A stretch of 64,000 bases of DNA from Halarcobacter sp. (GTDB lineage Bacteria; Campylobacterota; Campylobacteria; Campylobacterales; Arcobacteraceae): NCBI GenBank assembly GCA_963676565.1, contig OY781089.1, positions 3,008,001-3,072,000 on the forward strand, in the 5' to 3' direction. The notes beneath the pieces were generated by a model. The model was not told the origin of the DNA. It made no database searches and saw nothing but the letters and a program-made list of their open reading frames with translations. Numbering within the stretch: the stretch's first letter is position 1; every line of letters starts with the position of its first letter. Below are positions 1-9,365 of the stretch, in pieces. Position numbers and translations under genes: made by a program.

Positions 1-1
1 A

Positions 2-178
2 CTAAAAACAAATCCAGGTATAACTGGACTTTGGCAAGTTAGTGGAAGAAATGAACTTACATTTGATGAGAGAGTTCAACTAGAAAAATGGTATGTTCAA
101 AACTGGTCTCTATGGAAAGATTTTGTTATACTTCTAAAAACTGCAGGTGTAGTTTTAAATAAAGTTGGGGCAAGATAG
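2..178 (+). CDS. C-terminal fragment of a bacterial sugar transferase (WbaP/WcaJ-type priming undecaprenyl-phosphate glycosyl-1-phosphate transferase), truncated by window start
   Basis: Manual translation of frame 2: LKTNPGITGLWQVSGRNELTFDERVQLEKWYVQNWSLWKDFVILLKT...GAR*; contains the PGITGLWQVSGR and Y..NWSLW.D motifs. Confidence 0.9.
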   Translation, partial: LKTNPGITGLWQVSGRNELTFDERVQLEKWYVQNWSLWKDFVILLKTAGVVLNKVGAR

Positions 179-181
179 TAT

Positions 182-547
182 TTGAAAAGTTTATTTAGTA
201 ACCTAAAAGAAAAAAATACTTTTATTTTCTTTTTGGTGATATTTGGAATCTTTGCAATTGCATTTGATCCAACTCATAGTGTAGACAAAGTTTTTCTTAC
301 TAACTTTGACAAGATAAAACATATACTTGCATTTGTAGTGATTAGTTACTTTTTTGTAGAAAGTTCTATAAAACTAAAAGTGATATTAAAAATACTGATT
401 TTAGTTTTGATAGCTTTTTTTATAGAGTATGTTCAATTTATGATTGGAAGAGAGGCTTCAGTTTTAGACTTCTTTGCTAGTATTAGTGGAGTTGGAATAT
501 TTTTCCTAGTTAGATTTTTTGTTTTAAAAAATAAATTTACTTTTTAA
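182..547 (+). CDS. VanZ-like membrane protein
   Basis: Hydrophobic 121 aa with DKxxH.xAF and E..Q....R.AS..D motifs; typical of EPS loci. Confidence 0.75.
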   Translation: MKSLFSNLKEKNTFIFFLVIFGIFAIAFDPTHSVDKVFLTNFDKIKHILAFVVISYFFVESSIKLKVILKILILVLIAFFIEYVQFMIGREASVLDFFASISGVGIFFLVRFFVLKNKFTF

Positions 548-1679
548 ATTTATTTTTTAAAACGATATTAAAAGGTCTTATAAGATAATACAAAAAATTT
601 AAACTTTTTGGAAGTTTTATTACTTTGTAATCATACTCTGTAGGATGAAGCATTGATTTTAGATATTTCAATCTATATGAAGTGTTTTTCAACATAAACC
701 ATTGAACAGATGAAATCTCTTTTGTATGGATTTTATCTGTATTTTCAAACTCTTTTATAAATCGATAATATATCTTATCTGTATTTTCAATTATTTTTTT
801 ATCACGAGTGTTTAAATTGATATTTAAATTTATAGAAAATACTTTTTCACAGAGTAATATACTAGATAATACAACTCTATCTGCATCTATTTTTTTTGCA
901 AGAGACAATACTTTTTCAAAATCTAAAATCTTTTTTACTATTATCAAGTTTATATCTACTAACCATTCTAGTCTTTCCCACATATGTTTATATCCATGAA
1001 TACAAAGATAGATAAAGTGAATTTCATTTGATAAGATATTTACTTCAGAATTTTTTAGTTTATATTTTTGACTAACAAAATAGTTTAATTTTTCTAAGTC
1101 CATAAAAAACTCAGCACTAGACAATGTCCAGTGTGCTTCTATGAGTATATTATTTATTTTATTCAAAAAACTTCTGTCATGTACTATATCAACTAATTTT
1201 TCTTTTTGATACTCTTCTAAATCAAAAACTTCTTCGTAATTTTCTTCAGCTAAAAGTTTTCCTAATCTATTGATATCCTTTAAGCTTACCAAAATATCTA
1301 AATCAACATATTGCCTTAGTGTTATATCATCATATGCCATTTGTGATAGAACAGGCCCTTTGAAAGCTATAGCATTTATACCATTTTCTTCCAAAAGTTT
1401 TGTAACTTTTATAAGTTCAGATGTCATAAGCATGTTTTGCTTAGCTATGTCCATATTGATTAATTTTAATCTTCTAAAAATATCTTCAGGTATAAACTCT
1501 TTAAAATTTTTGATGCTATTGTAGACTAATGGAAAAACTCCATGTTTATAAGAAAGTTCTATAAAAATATCCCAATCCTTTATTAAAAGAATCTTTTCTT
1601 TTAGTAAGTTCTGCTTTGGAATTATTTTACATGATTCTATTATTAATTCTACGTCATTTGATAATTTTTTTAGTTTTAT
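537..1679 (-). CDS. Nucleotidyltransferase family protein (NTP_transf_5-like, type found in lasso-peptide/HPr-kinase-related cassettes); about 380 aa, probable ATA start
   Basis: KG...R...DLDILV and IEAHW motifs; frame stays open 75 codons upstream of the ATG at 1454 and encodes DWDIFIELSYKHGVFPLVY; AAAGG SD-like sequence just upstream of ATA at 1679; in-frame stop at 1710-1712. Confidence 0.8.
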   Translation of the reverse strand: MKLKKLSNDVELIIESCKIIPKQNLLKEKILLIKDWDIFIELSYKHGVFPLVYNSIKNFKEFIPEDIFRRLKLINMDIAKQNMLMTSELIKVTKLLEENGINAIAFKGPVLSQMAYDDITLRQYVDLDILVSLKDINRLGKLLAEENYEEVFDLEEYQKEKLVDIVHDRSFLNKINNILIEAHWTLSSAEFFMDLEKLNYFVSQKYKLKNSEVNILSNEIHFIYLCIHGYKHMWERLEWLVDINLIIVKKILDFEKVLSLAKKIDADRVVLSSILLCEKVFSINLNINLNTRDKKIIENTDKIYYRFIKEFENTDKIHTKEISSVQWFMLKNTSYRLKYLKSMLHPTEYDYKVIKLPKSLNFLYYLIRPFNIVLKNKFKK

Positions 1680-1856
1680 TTTTTTGCCTTTGAAAAATCT
1701 AATTAGATACTATCAAATTATATTAAAAAATAAAATAAAAACTCAAAAACTTACTAATAAAAAATATACAGATTTATTACCTTATTGTAATACTTTTAAG
1801 ATATACTTCCATCTTATTTAAGTATAATACGCAAAATTATTAAAAAGGTAAACTAA

Positions 1857-3002
1857 ATGGCAGAACAGAAAGTAGCACTAATAACAGGAATCACAGGACA
1901 AGATGGTTCATATTTAGCTGAATTTCTTCTAAAAAAAGGTTATATAGTACATGGTATCAAAAGAAGATCTTCTATGTTCAACACAGATAGAATTGATCAC
2001 TTATATGAAGATCCACATGTAGAAAATAGAAACTTAGTATTACACTATGGTGATATGACTGACTCTATGAATATAACAAGAATCATCCAAGAGACTCAAC
2101 CTGATGAAATCTATAACTTAGCTGCGATGTCTCATGTTGCTGTATCTTTTGAAACTCCAGAATATGTAGCAAATGCAGATGGTACAGGAACACTAAGAAT
2201 CTTAGAAGCAGTTAGATTCTTAGGACTTGAAAAGAAAACAAAAATCTATCAAGCAAGTACATCTGAACTATATGGTAAAGTTCAAGAAACACCTCAAAGT
2301 GAAACAACTCCTTTTTATCCAAGATCACCTTATGCAGTTGCAAAGATGTATGCATATTGGATTACTGTAAACTATAGAGAAGCATATGATATGTTTGCTT
2401 GTAATGGTATTTTATTTAACCATGAGTCTCCTGTTAGAGGTGAAACATTTGTAACTAGAAAGATTACAAGAGCAGCTTCAAAGATTGCTTTAGGATTACA
2501 AGAAAAACTATATCTTGGAAACCTTGATGCAAAAAGAGACTGGGGACATGCAAAAGACTATGTTAGAATGATGTGGATGATTTTACAAGCAGAACAACCA
2601 GAAGATTGGGTTATAGCAACTGGACAAACAACTACTGTAAGAGACTTTGTGAAATTTGCCTTTGAATATGCAGGTATAAACCTAAGATTTGAAAATGAAG
2701 GTGTAGATGAAGTTGGTATAATAGATAACTTTGATGAAGCAAAAGCAAAAGAATCAGGAATCGATTTATCTCACTTAAGTATCAATCAAACAGTTGTAGG
2801 TGTAGATCCAAGATACTTTAGACCAACAGAAGTTGACTTACTTCTTGGAGATCCAAGTAAAGCAGAAAAGAAACTTGGATGGAATAGAGAATATAACTTA
2901 CAAGAGTTAGTTGATGATATGATGAAATCAGACCTTAAACTTATGACAAAAGACACTTATCTAAAAGATGGTGGTTATAAGATTATGAATTATTTTGAAT
3001 AG
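1857..3002 (+). CDS. gmd: GDP-mannose 4,6-dehydratase
   Basis: [42 protein letters not shown] motifs. Confidence 0.97.
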   Translation: MAEQKVALITGITGQDGSYLAEFLLKKGYIVHGIKRRSSMFNTDRIDHLYEDPHVENRNLVLHYGDMTDSMNITRIIQETQPDEIYNLAAMSHVAVSFETPEYVANADGTGTLRILEAVRFLGLEKKTKIYQASTSELYGKVQETPQSETTPFYPRSPYAVAKMYAYWITVNYREAYDMFACNGILFNHESPVRGETFVTRKITRAASKIALGLQEKLYLGNLDAKRDWGHAKDYVRMMWMILQAEQPEDWVIATGQTTTVRDFVKFAFEYAGINLRFENEGVDEVGIIDNFDEAKAKESGIDLSHLSINQTVVGVDPRYFRPTEVDLLLGDPSKAEKKLGWNREYNLQELVDDMMKSDLKLMTKDTYLKDGGYKIMNYFE

Positions 3003-3014
3003 TAGTAATTAGTT

Positions 3015-3023
3015 TGCTATAAT
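3015..3023 (+). promoter_or_regulatory. Extended -10 promoter (TGcTATAAT) of the toxin-antitoxin pair
   Basis: TGCTATAAT, followed by AGGAG SD and ATG at 3042. Confidence 0.6.
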
Positions 3024-3041
3024 TGTTATCAGGAGTTAAAA

Positions 3042-3236
3042 ATGAGTTTAGATGAAATAAAAAAATTAGATGTAAAAGATAGAATCATTTTAATGAATGA
3101 AATCTGGGCTACTTTAGAAGAAGAAGATAGTAATATTGAATCTCCATCTTGGCACAAAGAAGTTTTAGAAGAAAGACTTCAAAAACTTGATAACAATAAA
3201 GCAGAATTTATCTCACTTGAAGACTTAAAAGCTTAA
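3042..3236 (+). CDS. Putative addiction-module antitoxin
   Basis: 64 aa with L...R..L...IW..L and P.W..E.LEER pattern; overlaps the downstream RelE/ParE-like gene (TAATG). Confidence 0.8.
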   Translation: MSLDEIKKLDVKDRIILMNEIWATLEEEDSNIESPSWHKEVLEERLQKLDNNKAEFISLEDLKA

Positions 3237-3559
3237 TGAATATAAAAAACATAATAGCTTTAAAAGAAGTTTCAAATGATTTGAAATTAGGCGAAGAATT
3301 TTATGAAAAACAAAATCATGGATTGGGTTCATACTTTAAAGATAGCATAATATCTGACATAGAGTCTTTATGGCTTTATGGAGGAATTCATCAAAAAGTA
3401 TTTGGTTTGTATCGATTGCTTTCTAAAAGATTTCCGTATGGAATTTATTATGTCATCAAAGATGAAACAGTTATAGTAGTAGCTATTCTTGATTTAAGAC
3501 AAAACCCTAAAAAAATTTCTTCATATTTAAATAATAGAAATACTAAAAAAGAATATTGA
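3236..3559 (+). CDS. Type II toxin, RelE/ParE family
   Basis: DL....[26 protein letters not shown] motifs. Confidence 0.8.
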   Translation: MNIKNIIALKEVSNDLKLGEEFYEKQNHGLGSYFKDSIISDIESLWLYGGIHQKVFGLYRLLSKRFPYGIYYVIKDETVIVVAILDLRQNPKKISSYLNNRNTKKEY

Positions 3560-3560
3560 A

Positions 3561-4610
3561 ATGAACAAAGATAGTAAAATATATATAGCAGGACACAGAG
3601 GATTAGTTGGTTCTGCTATTGTTAAAAACTTAGAATCAAAGGGTTATACAAATCTTGTATATAAAACTCATAAAGAACTAGACCTAACTTCACAAGTAGA
3701 AGTAGCTAAGTTTTTTGAAGATGAAAAACCAGAATATGTAATACTAGCAGCTGCTAAAGTTGGTGGTATAGTTGCAAACAATACATATAGAGGTGAATTT
3801 ATATATGAGAATCTTGCTATTCAAAACAATGTAATCCACCAATCATATGTAAATGGTGTAAAAAAATTATTGTTTTTAGGTAGTACTTGTATCTATCCAA
3901 AAGAAGCACCACAACCTATGCCAGAAAATTGCCTTTTAACTTCACCCTTAGAATATACAAATGAGCCATATGCAATAGCTAAAATTGCAGGTATAAAAAT
4001 GTGTGAATCATATAACTTACAATATGCTACAAACTTTATATCTGTAATGCCAACAAATCTATATGGACCAAATGACAACTTTGATTTAGAAAAATCTCAT
4101 GTGTTGCCAGCACTTATTAGAAAAATTCATTGTGCTAAGCTTTTATATGAAGGGAGAGAAGACGAAGTTGCAAAAGAGTTAGGTATTGAAAATATTGATG
4201 ATGCAAAAGAGTATTTAGAAGGTTTTGGAGTAGATGCCTCTTCAGTTGAAATTTGGGGAACAGGAAAACCAAGACGAGAGTTTTTATATAGTGAAGATAT
4301 GGCTGATGCTTGTGTATTTTTATTAGAAAATAGAGACTTTAGTGATACCTATGAAAAAGACTCAAAAGAAGTAAGAAATACCCATATCAATATTGGAACT
4401 GGTGTAGATATATCAATCAAAGAACTGGCAGAGCTTATACAAAAAATTATTGGTTTTGAAGGTGAATTAAAATTTAATATCAATAAACCAGATGGTACAA
4501 TGGTTAAATTAACTGATCCGTCTAAATTACACAGTTTAGGATGGAAACACAAAGTTGAACTTGAAGATGGTATTAAAACTATGTATGAGTGGTATTTAAA
4601 TAATAAATAA
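3561..4610 (+). CDS. fcl: GDP-L-fucose synthase
   Basis: [38 protein letters not shown] motifs. Confidence 0.96.
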   Translation: MNKDSKIYIAGHRGLVGSAIVKNLESKGYTNLVYKTHKELDLTSQVEVAKFFEDEKPEYVILAAAKVGGIVANNTYRGEFIYENLAIQNNVIHQSYVNGVKKLLFLGSTCIYPKEAPQPMPENCLLTSPLEYTNEPYAIAKIAGIKMCESYNLQYATNFISVMPTNLYGPNDNFDLEKSHVLPALIRKIHCAKLLYEGREDEVAKELGIENIDDAKEYLEGFGVDASSVEIWGTGKPRREFLYSEDMADACVFLLENRDFSDTYEKDSKEVRNTHINIGTGVDISIKELAELIQKIIGFEGELKFNINKPDGTMVKLTDPSKLHSLGWKHKVELEDGIKTMYEWYLNNK

Positions 4611-4611
4611 A

Positions 4612-5073
4612 ATGTTTTTAGATAAAGAAACTTTTAGTACAATTATTGCAAATGCACCACTTATCTCTATTGATTTAATAATCAAAAATAGCGAAGATAA
4701 AGTTCTACTAGGTAAAAGAATAAACAAACCAGCAAAAAACAGTTGGTTTGTTCCTGGTGGAAGAGTTTTCAAAGATGAAAAAATAGATGATGCTTTTAAA
4801 AGAATCACACAAAATGAGATTGGTGTTGAATACAATATCAAAAGTGCTTCTTTTAAAGGTATATATCAACACTTTTATGATGACAATGTTTTTGGTGATG
4901 ATTTTTCTACCCATTATATTGTGTTAAGTTTTGAACTTAGAATTACAAATACACCTATGACAAATAATCAACATGAAAATTATAGATGGTTTGAAGAAGA
5001 TGAACTAATGAAAAGTGATGATGTATACTTTTTTGTAAAAGACTATTTTGATAAAGATAAGGGGATTAGATGA
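4612..5073 (+). CDS. gmm: GDP-mannose mannosyl hydrolase (Nudix)
   Basis: PLISIDLI, WFVPGGRV.KDE variant Nudix box, HFYDDN, THYIVL; lies between fcl and manC. Confidence 0.9.
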   Translation: MFLDKETFSTIIANAPLISIDLIIKNSEDKVLLGKRINKPAKNSWFVPGGRVFKDEKIDDAFKRITQNEIGVEYNIKSASFKGIYQHFYDDNVFGDDFSTHYIVLSFELRITNTPMTNNQHENYRWFEEDELMKSDDVYFFVKDYFDKDKGIR

Positions 5074-6440
5074 CTAATATAATACTATGTGGAGGTAGTG
5101 GAACAAGATTATGGCCAATAAGTAGAACACTTATGCCAAAACAATTTGTAAAATTGTTTGATGAAAAATCTTTATTTCAATTAACTGTTCAAAGAAATTC
5201 AAAAGTTTGTAATAGTCAATTTATAGTTTCAAATGCTGAACAATATTTTCTTTCTGTTGATCAATTAGAAGAATTAAAAAAAGAGAATAATAAATACCTT
5301 CTTGAACCTGTTGGAAGAAATACTGCCCCTGCTATTGCTTTGGCTTGTATGGAGTTAGATTCTGAGGAGATAGTATTAGTAACACCAAGTGATCATCTAA
5401 TTAAAGATGAAGAAGAGTATTCAAAAGTTTTAGAAAAAGCAAAAGAATTAGCACTTGAAGATAATCTAGTAACTTTTGGTATTACTCCAACATTTGCTGA
5501 AACTGGATTTGGATACATAGAAAGTGAAAATGAATATGATGTAAAAGCTTTCCATGAAAAACCTGACTTTGAAACAGCAACTTCGTATTTAAAAGCTGGA
5601 AACTATTATTGGAATAGTGGTATGTTTATGTTTAAAGCTGGAGTATTTTTAGAGGAATTAAAAAAATATTCTCCTGAGATATTTGATACTAGTAAAGATG
5701 CTTTAACAAACTCTTCTAAAGATGATATTACAAGAATAAAATATGATGATATGATGAAAATCCCTGAAGATAGTATCGATTATGCAGTTATGGAAAAATC
5801 TTCAAAAGTAAAAGTTGTTCCATCTAATATTAATTGGTCAGATGTAGGAAGTTTTGATTCTTTATATGAAGAACTTCCAAAAGATGAAAATGGAAATACC
5901 TTAAATAAAAATCATGTGTCAATAGATAGTAAAAACAATCTAATCTATGGAAAACAAAGAAAAATTGCAACTGTTGATATTGAAGATTGTATTATAGTTG
6001 ATACTGGAGATGCTTTACTTATATCTAAAAAGGGAAGCTCACAAAAGGTTAAAAAAGTAGTTGCAGAAGTTAGAAAAACAACAGAACTACACAATATTCA
6101 CTTAACTGGCTATAGACCATGGGGTTCATATACAGTTTTAGAAGATACTCCTGGATATAAAATCAAAAGAATTGATGTAAAACCAGGGAAAAGACTAAGC
6201 TTACAAAAACATTTCCATAGAAATGAACACTGGATTGTCGTAAGTGGAACTGCTACAGTTACAGTTGGTGAAGAAACAAAACTAGTAAGACCAAATGAAT
6301 CTATTTATATAAAAATGGGTGAATTACATAGACTAGCAAATGAAGGGAAAATTCCTGTAGTACTTATAGAAGCACAAGTTGGCGAGTATACAGGTGAAGA
6401 TGATATCGTAAGAATTGATGATGATTTTAAAAGGGATTAA
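5070..6440 (+). CDS. manC: Mannose-1-phosphate guanylyltransferase / mannose-6-phosphate isomerase
   Basis: ILCGGSGTRLWP.SR, EPVGRNTAPA, C-terminal cupin RPWG...SLQKH.HR.EHW. Confidence 0.95.
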   Translation: MTNIILCGGSGTRLWPISRTLMPKQFVKLFDEKSLFQLTVQRNSKVCNSQFIVSNAEQYFLSVDQLEELKKENNKYLLEPVGRNTAPAIALACMELDSEEIVLVTPSDHLIKDEEEYSKVLEKAKELALEDNLVTFGITPTFAETGFGYIESENEYDVKAFHEKPDFETATSYLKAGNYYWNSGMFMFKAGVFLEELKKYSPEIFDTSKDALTNSSKDDITRIKYDDMMKIPEDSIDYAVMEKSSKVKVVPSNINWSDVGSFDSLYEELPKDENGNTLNKNHVSIDSKNNLIYGKQRKIATVDIEDCIIVDTGDALLISKKGSSQKVKKVVAEVRKTTELHNIHLTGYRPWGSYTVLEDTPGYKIKRIDVKPGKRLSLQKHFHRNEHWIVVSGTATVTVGEETKLVRPNESIYIKMGELHRLANEGKIPVVLIEAQVGEYTGEDDIVRIDDDFKRD

Positions 6441-7856
6441 ATGAAAACTATAAAAGAAGTTATTACTCAAAGTGATGTTAAATTTGGGACTAGTGGAGCA
6501 AGAGGTTTAGTTACTGAATTCACAACTGAAGTATGTACAGCTTTTACTATCTCTTTTTTAGATGCCATGAAAAAAAGCTTTGAGTTTAAAAAAATTGCAG
6601 TTGCAATGGATAATCGTCCAAGCAGTCCTGAAATAAGTTCTATAATTTGTGGGGCTATAAAAGCCTATGGTTATGAAGTAGATTTTTATGGAGTGATTCC
6701 TACTCCAGCATTAGCCCTACAAGCTATGGCAGATAAAATACCATCTATTATGATAACAGGAAGTCATATCCCCTTTGATAGAAATGGTATCAAGTTTTAT
6801 AGACCAGATGGTGAGATATCAAAAGATGATGAAATAGCTATTTTAAATAATACCAACCAAATAGTTGATGTCAATAGTTATTTACCAAAAGTAGAAGACA
6901 CTGCAGCAACAAATTATATTAACAGATACGCAAACTATTTTGGGGAAAACTGCTTAGATGGTCTTAAAATTGGTATTTATGAACACTCAAGTGCAGGTAG
7001 AAATTTGTATTCAAAACTTTTTACAAATTTAGGTGCAGAGGTCATTTCTCTTGGAAGATCTGATGAGTTTATACCAATAGACACAGAAGCAGTTTCAGAT
7101 GAAGATAAACAAAGAGGAAAAGACTGGTCAAAAGAATATAACTTTGATACTATTTTTTCTACAGATGGAGATGGAGATAGACCATTAATTGCTGATGAAA
7201 ATGGTGACTGGTTAAGAGGTGATATTGTTGGTTTAATGACTTCCAATATCCTTGGGGTTAAAGCTTTAGCTGTGCCTGTTAGTTGTAATACAGCTATTGA
7301 AAAAAGTGGCTTTTTTGAAAAAGTAAAAAGAACAAAAATTGGATCACCTTATGTTATAGAAGCCTTTGAAGAGTTAAATACTTACAAATCAATTGCAGGG
7401 TTTGAAGCAAATGGTGGTTTTCTATTAGGTTCAGCACTTGAACAAAATGGAACTATTTTAGATGCATTACCAACTAGGGATGCCCTGCTTCCATTTATAG
7501 TATTAGCTAGTTTTACAGTAAAAGAAAAGACAAGACTTTCTAAACTTATTGAAAATTTACCAAAACGTTTTACATCAAGTGATAGAATTCAAAATTTTCC
7601 AAGAGAAAAGAGTATTAAACTTATAAATAAAGGTGTAGAAAATCCAAATAACCTATTAGAAATGTTAGGTTTTGAAAATCTAAAAATAGTAGACATAAAT
7701 CAAATTGATGGATTGAGACTGACATTTGATAATGATGTAATCATACATCTAAGACCTTCTGGTAATGCACCAGAGTTACGTTGTTATGTAGAAACTAATA
7801 ATCAAGATACTTCAGATAAGCTAGTAAAACAAACCTTAACTTCAATTTCACAATAA
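6441..7856 (+). CDS. manB: Phosphomannomutase
   Basis: KFGTSGARG, ITGSHIP, TDGDGDRP, HLRPSGNAPE motifs. Confidence 0.93.
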   Translation: MKTIKEVITQSDVKFGTSGARGLVTEFTTEVCTAFTISFLDAMKKSFEFKKIAVAMDNRPSSPEISSIICGAIKAYGYEVDFYGVIPTPALALQAMADKIPSIMITGSHIPFDRNGIKFYRPDGEISKDDEIAILNNTNQIVDVNSYLPKVEDTAATNYINRYANYFGENCLDGLKIGIYEHSSAGRNLYSKLFTNLGAEVISLGRSDEFIPIDTEAVSDEDKQRGKDWSKEYNFDTIFSTDGDGDRPLIADENGDWLRGDIVGLMTSNILGVKALAVPVSCNTAIEKSGFFEKVKRTKIGSPYVIEAFEELNTYKSIAGFEANGGFLLGSALEQNGTILDALPTRDALLPFIVLASFTVKEKTRLSKLIENLPKRFTSSDRIQNFPREKSIKLINKGVENPNNLLEMLGFENLKIVDINQIDGLRLTFDNDVIIHLRPSGNAPELRCYVETNNQDTSDKLVKQTLTSISQ

Positions 7857-7859
7857 AAA

Positions 7860-7880
7860 AGAACCCATATTTTGGGTTCT
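7860..7880. terminator. Hairpin between convergent manB and PqqD genes (probable terminator)
   Basis: AGAACCCA-tattt-TGGGTTCT, preceded by an A-tract. Confidence 0.65.
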
Positions 7881-7886
7881 AAAGTG

Positions 7887-8159
7887 TTATGAGATAGTAA
7901 TCAAACCTTTGTTTGCTACTTCTTGAATAAAATTTAAAATATCATTTTCAACTTGTTTTTCATCCACCTCATAATTTGAGATTATCTCTTCTTTTACTTT
8001 ATTTAAATCTTTTTTTTCTTCTAAAGTTTCCCAAATAAAAGTTCCAATCTCATTTATAGAAAAATACTCATTGGTATTACTATCAAGTAAAATTGTTTCA
8101 TCATCTACTTTTTGTAAAAAAAGTGTATCTGGTATATTTATTTTTGTATCTAGTGTCAT
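7887..8159 (-). CDS. PqqD-family / RiPP recognition element (RRE) protein
   Basis: 90 aa; ETILLD...EYFSINEIGTFIWETL...Y.VDEKQVENDILNFIQE...GLI is the stand-alone PqqD/lasso-B1 pattern. Confidence 0.9.
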   Translation of the reverse strand: MTLDTKINIPDTLFLQKVDDETILLDSNTNEYFSINEIGTFIWETLEEKKDLNKVKEEIISNYEVDEKQVENDILNFIQEVANKGLITIS

Positions 8160-8162
8160 ATT

Positions 8163-9020
8163 TTATATTACCTTTTTATTTTTTATAAATTTTACAATAG
8201 CTTGATAAACCTCTTCAAGTCTATTTAAATCCCAAGGAATAGTTATATCATATATATCTACTTTATTTGCTATATTTGTCAAAGCTTTAAATCTTTGTTT
8301 TTTATGAATAGGCAAATCTATTTCTGTGGAATATCTTATAATCTTAAATTTATCAATTCCTAAAGTTTGTGAAACTTTTATTTCACATAGCGGATCAGAT
8401 TTTATTAAATTTAATATACAATTAATTGGTTTAGATTCTTCTGCAAAATTCTCTACAAATAATCCTAAATCTTCCATTTTACGATAAGGTCTATGATATG
8501 GATATGAAGGTACAGAAAAAATCATATTATCTTTTTCAAAAGTTGCTACTTTATCATCAGATATCATAGTATGACCTTTTTTTATAAAGAAATCTGTTAA
8601 GGTAGATTTTCCACCAAATGAATTTGCTACAAACAAAACTGAGGTATCTTCAATCTCCACAGCCCCGGCATGTAAGAAATAATACTTGTTTTCAAAGGTA
8701 AGTAGTATGGGGAAATAGGTATGTTTCAACCAATAGTCTACTAATTTATCTGTAGTTCCATCCGCTTTTGAGTATGTTATTAGATTAGAGTTGATTTTAC
8801 TTGAAAAAGTAACAACATCTCTAACTGTGAAACTTATTATTTGATTAGATTCTATTCTAGAGAAAGGTTTTTCACTTTGAATAAAAACTTCTCTAAGCTG
8901 ATTATTGTGAAGTTCTATCTTATAATTGAGTTTATTAGTAGAAGTTTGTTCTTCTACTAATGTGTATCTATTAGGACTCTGTTTTTTATTTATTTCTAAA
9001 TGGTATCCAAATAAATACAT
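8163..9020 (-). CDS. HPr-kinase-related kinase (lasso-peptide-kinase-like)
   Basis: LHAGAV...variant Walker A (ANSFGGKSTL)...ISDD signature of the HprK C-terminal fold. Confidence 0.8.
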   Translation of the reverse strand: MYLFGYHLEINKKQSPNRYTLVEEQTSTNKLNYKIELHNNQLREVFIQSEKPFSRIESNQIISFTVRDVVTFSSKINSNLITYSKADGTTDKLVDYWLKHTYFPILLTFENKYYFLHAGAVEIEDTSVLFVANSFGGKSTLTDFFIKKGHTMISDDKVATFEKDNMIFSVPSYPYHRPYRKMEDLGLFVENFAEESKPINCILNLIKSDPLCEIKVSQTLGIDKFKIIRYSTEIDLPIHKKQRFKALTNIANKVDIYDITIPWDLNRLEEVYQAIVKFIKNKKVI

Positions 9021-9042
9021 TAATACTTTTTACTATATGTTA

Positions 9043-9264
9043 CTAGTTAAATGAACTTCTTCTTATTCCACCTCTATCATCATTTGATGGATCAGTACCA
9101 GGTCCAGTTACTGAAGTAGAAGTATCTCTATTTACAGTATTACTTGCTGCTGCTGATGTAGGGATTGTCATTGAACCTAAAGCAACTATTGCAGGTGCTG
9201 CATATGCTGCTTTTTTTAGGAAACTTCTTCTGCTGTTTTTATTTTCTTCTACAATTTTATCCAT
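9043..9264 (-). CDS. Putative RiPP-like precursor peptide with twin-arginine signal and lasso-type leader motif
   Basis: 73 aa; SRRSFLK, YAAPAIVALGSMTIPT, SAAA|S, Ser/Thr-rich tail; GGAG SD at 9273-9276; first gene before kinase and PqqD. Confidence 0.75.
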   Translation of the reverse strand: MDKIVEENKNSRRSFLKKAAYAAPAIVALGSMTIPTSAAASNTVNRDTSTSVTGPGTDPSNDDRGGIRRSSFN

Positions 9265-9294
9265 TTTATATTCTCCAAAATTTTTTATAATGGC

Positions 9295-9303
9295 ATTATA
9301 ACA
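9295..9303 (-). promoter_or_regulatory. Extended -10 promoter (TGtTATAAT) of the peptide-kinase-PqqD operon
   Basis: Plus-strand ATTATAACA reads TGTTATAAT on the minus strand, about 30 nt upstream of the peptide ATG. Confidence 0.65.
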
Positions 9304-9365
9304 TAAAAACTTTCTAATAATATTAGAAGTTACTTAAAAAATATACAGCTACGTTATAATGTTAT

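Noticed and set aside
7887..8159. PQQ biosynthesis
   Set aside because: No pqqA/B/C/E nearby; the peptide lacks the ExxxY core; context fits a stand-alone RRE.
7887..9264. Complete canonical lasso peptide cluster
   Set aside because: No cyclase or B2 peptidase in the window and ring geometry is non-canonical for Thr(-2) cleavage; cannot exclude such genes upstream of base 1.
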